Part shown: positions 35,901 to 36,482 of the stretch, piece by piece
How the letters are laid out: each line of letters starts with the position of its first letter
Position numbering within the stretch: position 1 is the stretch's first letter
NCBI GenBank assembly: GCA_017440065.1
Contig: JAFSHY010000125.1
Coordinates: 1-36,482, forward strand
Direction of reading: 5' to 3'
DNA from: Oscillospiraceae bacterium
GTDB taxonomy: Bacteria; Bacillota; Clostridia; Oscillospirales; Oscillospiraceae
DNA: 36,482 bases
Position numbers and translations under genes: made by a program
The notes under the pieces: generated by a model
Seen by the model: only the letters and a program-made list of their open reading frames with translations
The model's database searches: none
Told to the model about the DNA's origin: nothing

Positions 35901-36397
35901 CCGAAAATCTCGGAAAGCGTCAGCGCTTCCTGCTTCGCACCTTCGTAATCCTCCTGCATCAGCTTGCGTGGAATGGAGCCTGCCAGACAGGCCGAAAGCG
36001 CAATGAGGCCCTCCGAATGCTGCCGCAGCAGATCAAGATCCACACGGGGTCTATTGTAGAATCCGTGCAGAAATGCCATGGAGACCATGTAGCTGAGGTT
36101 GCGGTAACCCGTTTCATTTTCGCAAAGCAGAACCAGATGGTATGCCTCATTGTCCACGCCGTGTACGCGGTCGGACATCTTACGGGGCGCTACATAAACC
36201 TCACACCCGATAATGGGTTTAACGCCCGCAGCCTTGGCAGCACGGTAAAAATCGATCACGCCGTACATCACGCCGTGGTCAGTGATGGCTACTGCTTCCT
36301 GCCCCAGCTCCGCGGCACGCTTTACAAGCCCGCCGATGCGGCAGGCGCCGTCCAGCAGACTATATTCCGTATGCACATGAAGATGTACAAAGCCCAT
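32942..36397 (-). CDS. dnaE: DNA polymerase III alpha subunit
   Basis: 1151 aa. N-terminal PHP domain (FVHLHVHTEYSLLDGA), polymerase core motifs (..GSGAASIAAYCLHITEIDP.., ..DFDTDFC..), and a C-terminal OB fold. Confidence 0.95.
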   Translation of the reverse strand: MGFVHLHVHTEYSLLDGACRIGGLVKRAAELGQEAVAITDHGVMYGVIDFYRAAKAAGVKPIIGCEVYVAPRKMSDRVHGVDNEAYHLVLLCENETGYRNLSYMVSMAFLHGFYNRPRVDLDLLRQHSEGLIALSACLAGSIPRKLMQEDYEGAKQEALTLSEIFGPGNFYLELQDHGIEEQKAVNAGVMRLARETGLPLVATNDAHYLTREDARIQDVLMCIQMGKTVDDPDRMKFETDEFYLKSEEEMRELFPNIPEAFENTCRIAERCNVEFVFNQYHLPAFDVPEGYTNEEYFRKLCMDGFRKRYPDQPKEYLERLDYEIGVISRMGYVNYYLIVWDFIRYAKEAGIPVGPGRGSGAASIAAYCLHITEIDPMKYTLIFERFLNPERVSMPDFDTDFCQERRGEVIDYVMRKYGSDHVAQIVTFGTLAARAAIRDVGRAMNFTYAETDIVAKLIPTTLHMTLDEALKVSAQLKEKYDSDERVRTLIDTARALEGMPRNTSTHAAGVVITEQPVYDYVPLSRNDETIVTQFTMTTIEELGLLKMDFLGLRNLTVIEDAEREIRKKVPGFSMKKVSDSDPKVYKMLGEGKTSGVFQMESAGMTGVCVQMKPGSIEDITAIVALYRPGPMDSIPRFIANKLNPSLITYKTPQLESILSVTYGCMVYQEQVIEIFRRLGGYTLGQADNMRRAISKKKQAVILAERKTFVYGDPERGIPGAVKNGVSEKAAQEIYDEILDFANYAFNKAHAVCYAKVAYDTAYLKCYYPKEYMAALMTSVQDSSVKVSGYIAACKDMGISLLPPDINESEDNFTAVDRGIRFGLAAVKNIGRGLIRQVIREREAGGPFHSLEDLCERTVGMDLNKRAMENLIKCGALDCLGLRRSQLLKVYDLIMDSVAESRKQNVEGQMGLFDLAMDNPVPAVAIPDLPELSRSEIMNMEKETTGLYLSGHPMDDYRPMLAGSHVVPIGELLESFSEGDERFHDEQIISVAGIVQKTKQKTTRNNSVMAYVTLEDDTGTMEALAFSSVLSQYGQLLRENAPAILTGRISVREEKEPQIVINSVRSITDAPMKTERQSAAEGKNQKLYLKIPAEGTVQERKTRAILNMFPGKTPVILYYASTGVRASAACELRGSMLAELKAVLGDANVVVK

Positions 36398-36482
36398 GGT
36401 TACTCCTTCGAAAGTTCTATAAGTTTTCTCATTCTGTGGTTAATAGCGGATTTGGTCACGGGAGGATCCAGCATCTCCGCCA

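Noticed and set aside
1-36482. CRISPR arrays or other short-period direct repeat clusters
   Set aside because: No regularly spaced short repeats were seen. The only tandem repeat is the in-frame 84-87-nt coding repeat at 10916-11175.

Overview
GC-rich (~58-60% by eye) Firmicutes/Clostridia-like chromosomal window. Real genes are mostly on the minus strand, and the many long plus-strand ORFs in the track are antisense artefacts of high GC.

Right half (18.2-36.4 kb) is a conserved housekeeping block on the minus strand: dnaE, a lipoprotein, an OmpR-type response regulator and histidine kinase, a DUF1385 protein, prmC, recA, recX, rimO, pgsA, cysS with a Cys T-box leader, polA, rimI and tsaD.

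Left edge: a partial opine (octopine/nopaline) dehydrogenase-family gene divergent from a LysR regulator, with a T-N11-A box between them.

Between them lies a ~15.6 kb accessory segment (about 2355-17996) bracketed by a pair of ~211 bp, ~92% identical inverted repeats (2144-2354 and 17997-18206). Each repeat carries a 32-nt palindrome that acts as a terminator for the inward-facing flanking gene. The segment contains:
- a tightly coupled five-gene minus-strand operon: a YdjI-like SPFH/band-7 protein with three C-terminal zinc ribbons, a 4-TM membrane protein, and three paralogous large membrane proteins built from a zinc ribbon, a TPR-like helical module, a TIR or TIR-like domain, TM helices and extracellular RCC1-like beta-propellers;
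- a GH13 alpha-glucosidase plus GPH sugar symporter cassette;
- a 3' remnant of a second opine-dehydrogenase paralog;
- an alpha/beta-hydrolase::Cof-HAD fusion gene;
- tRNA-Thr(CGU) with its own promoter and terminator;
- a ~370 bp AT-rich patch.

The SPFH / zinc-ribbon / TIR membrane operon is the best candidate for an undescribed defence or membrane-stress system here. No integrase, transposase or CRISPR array was seen.
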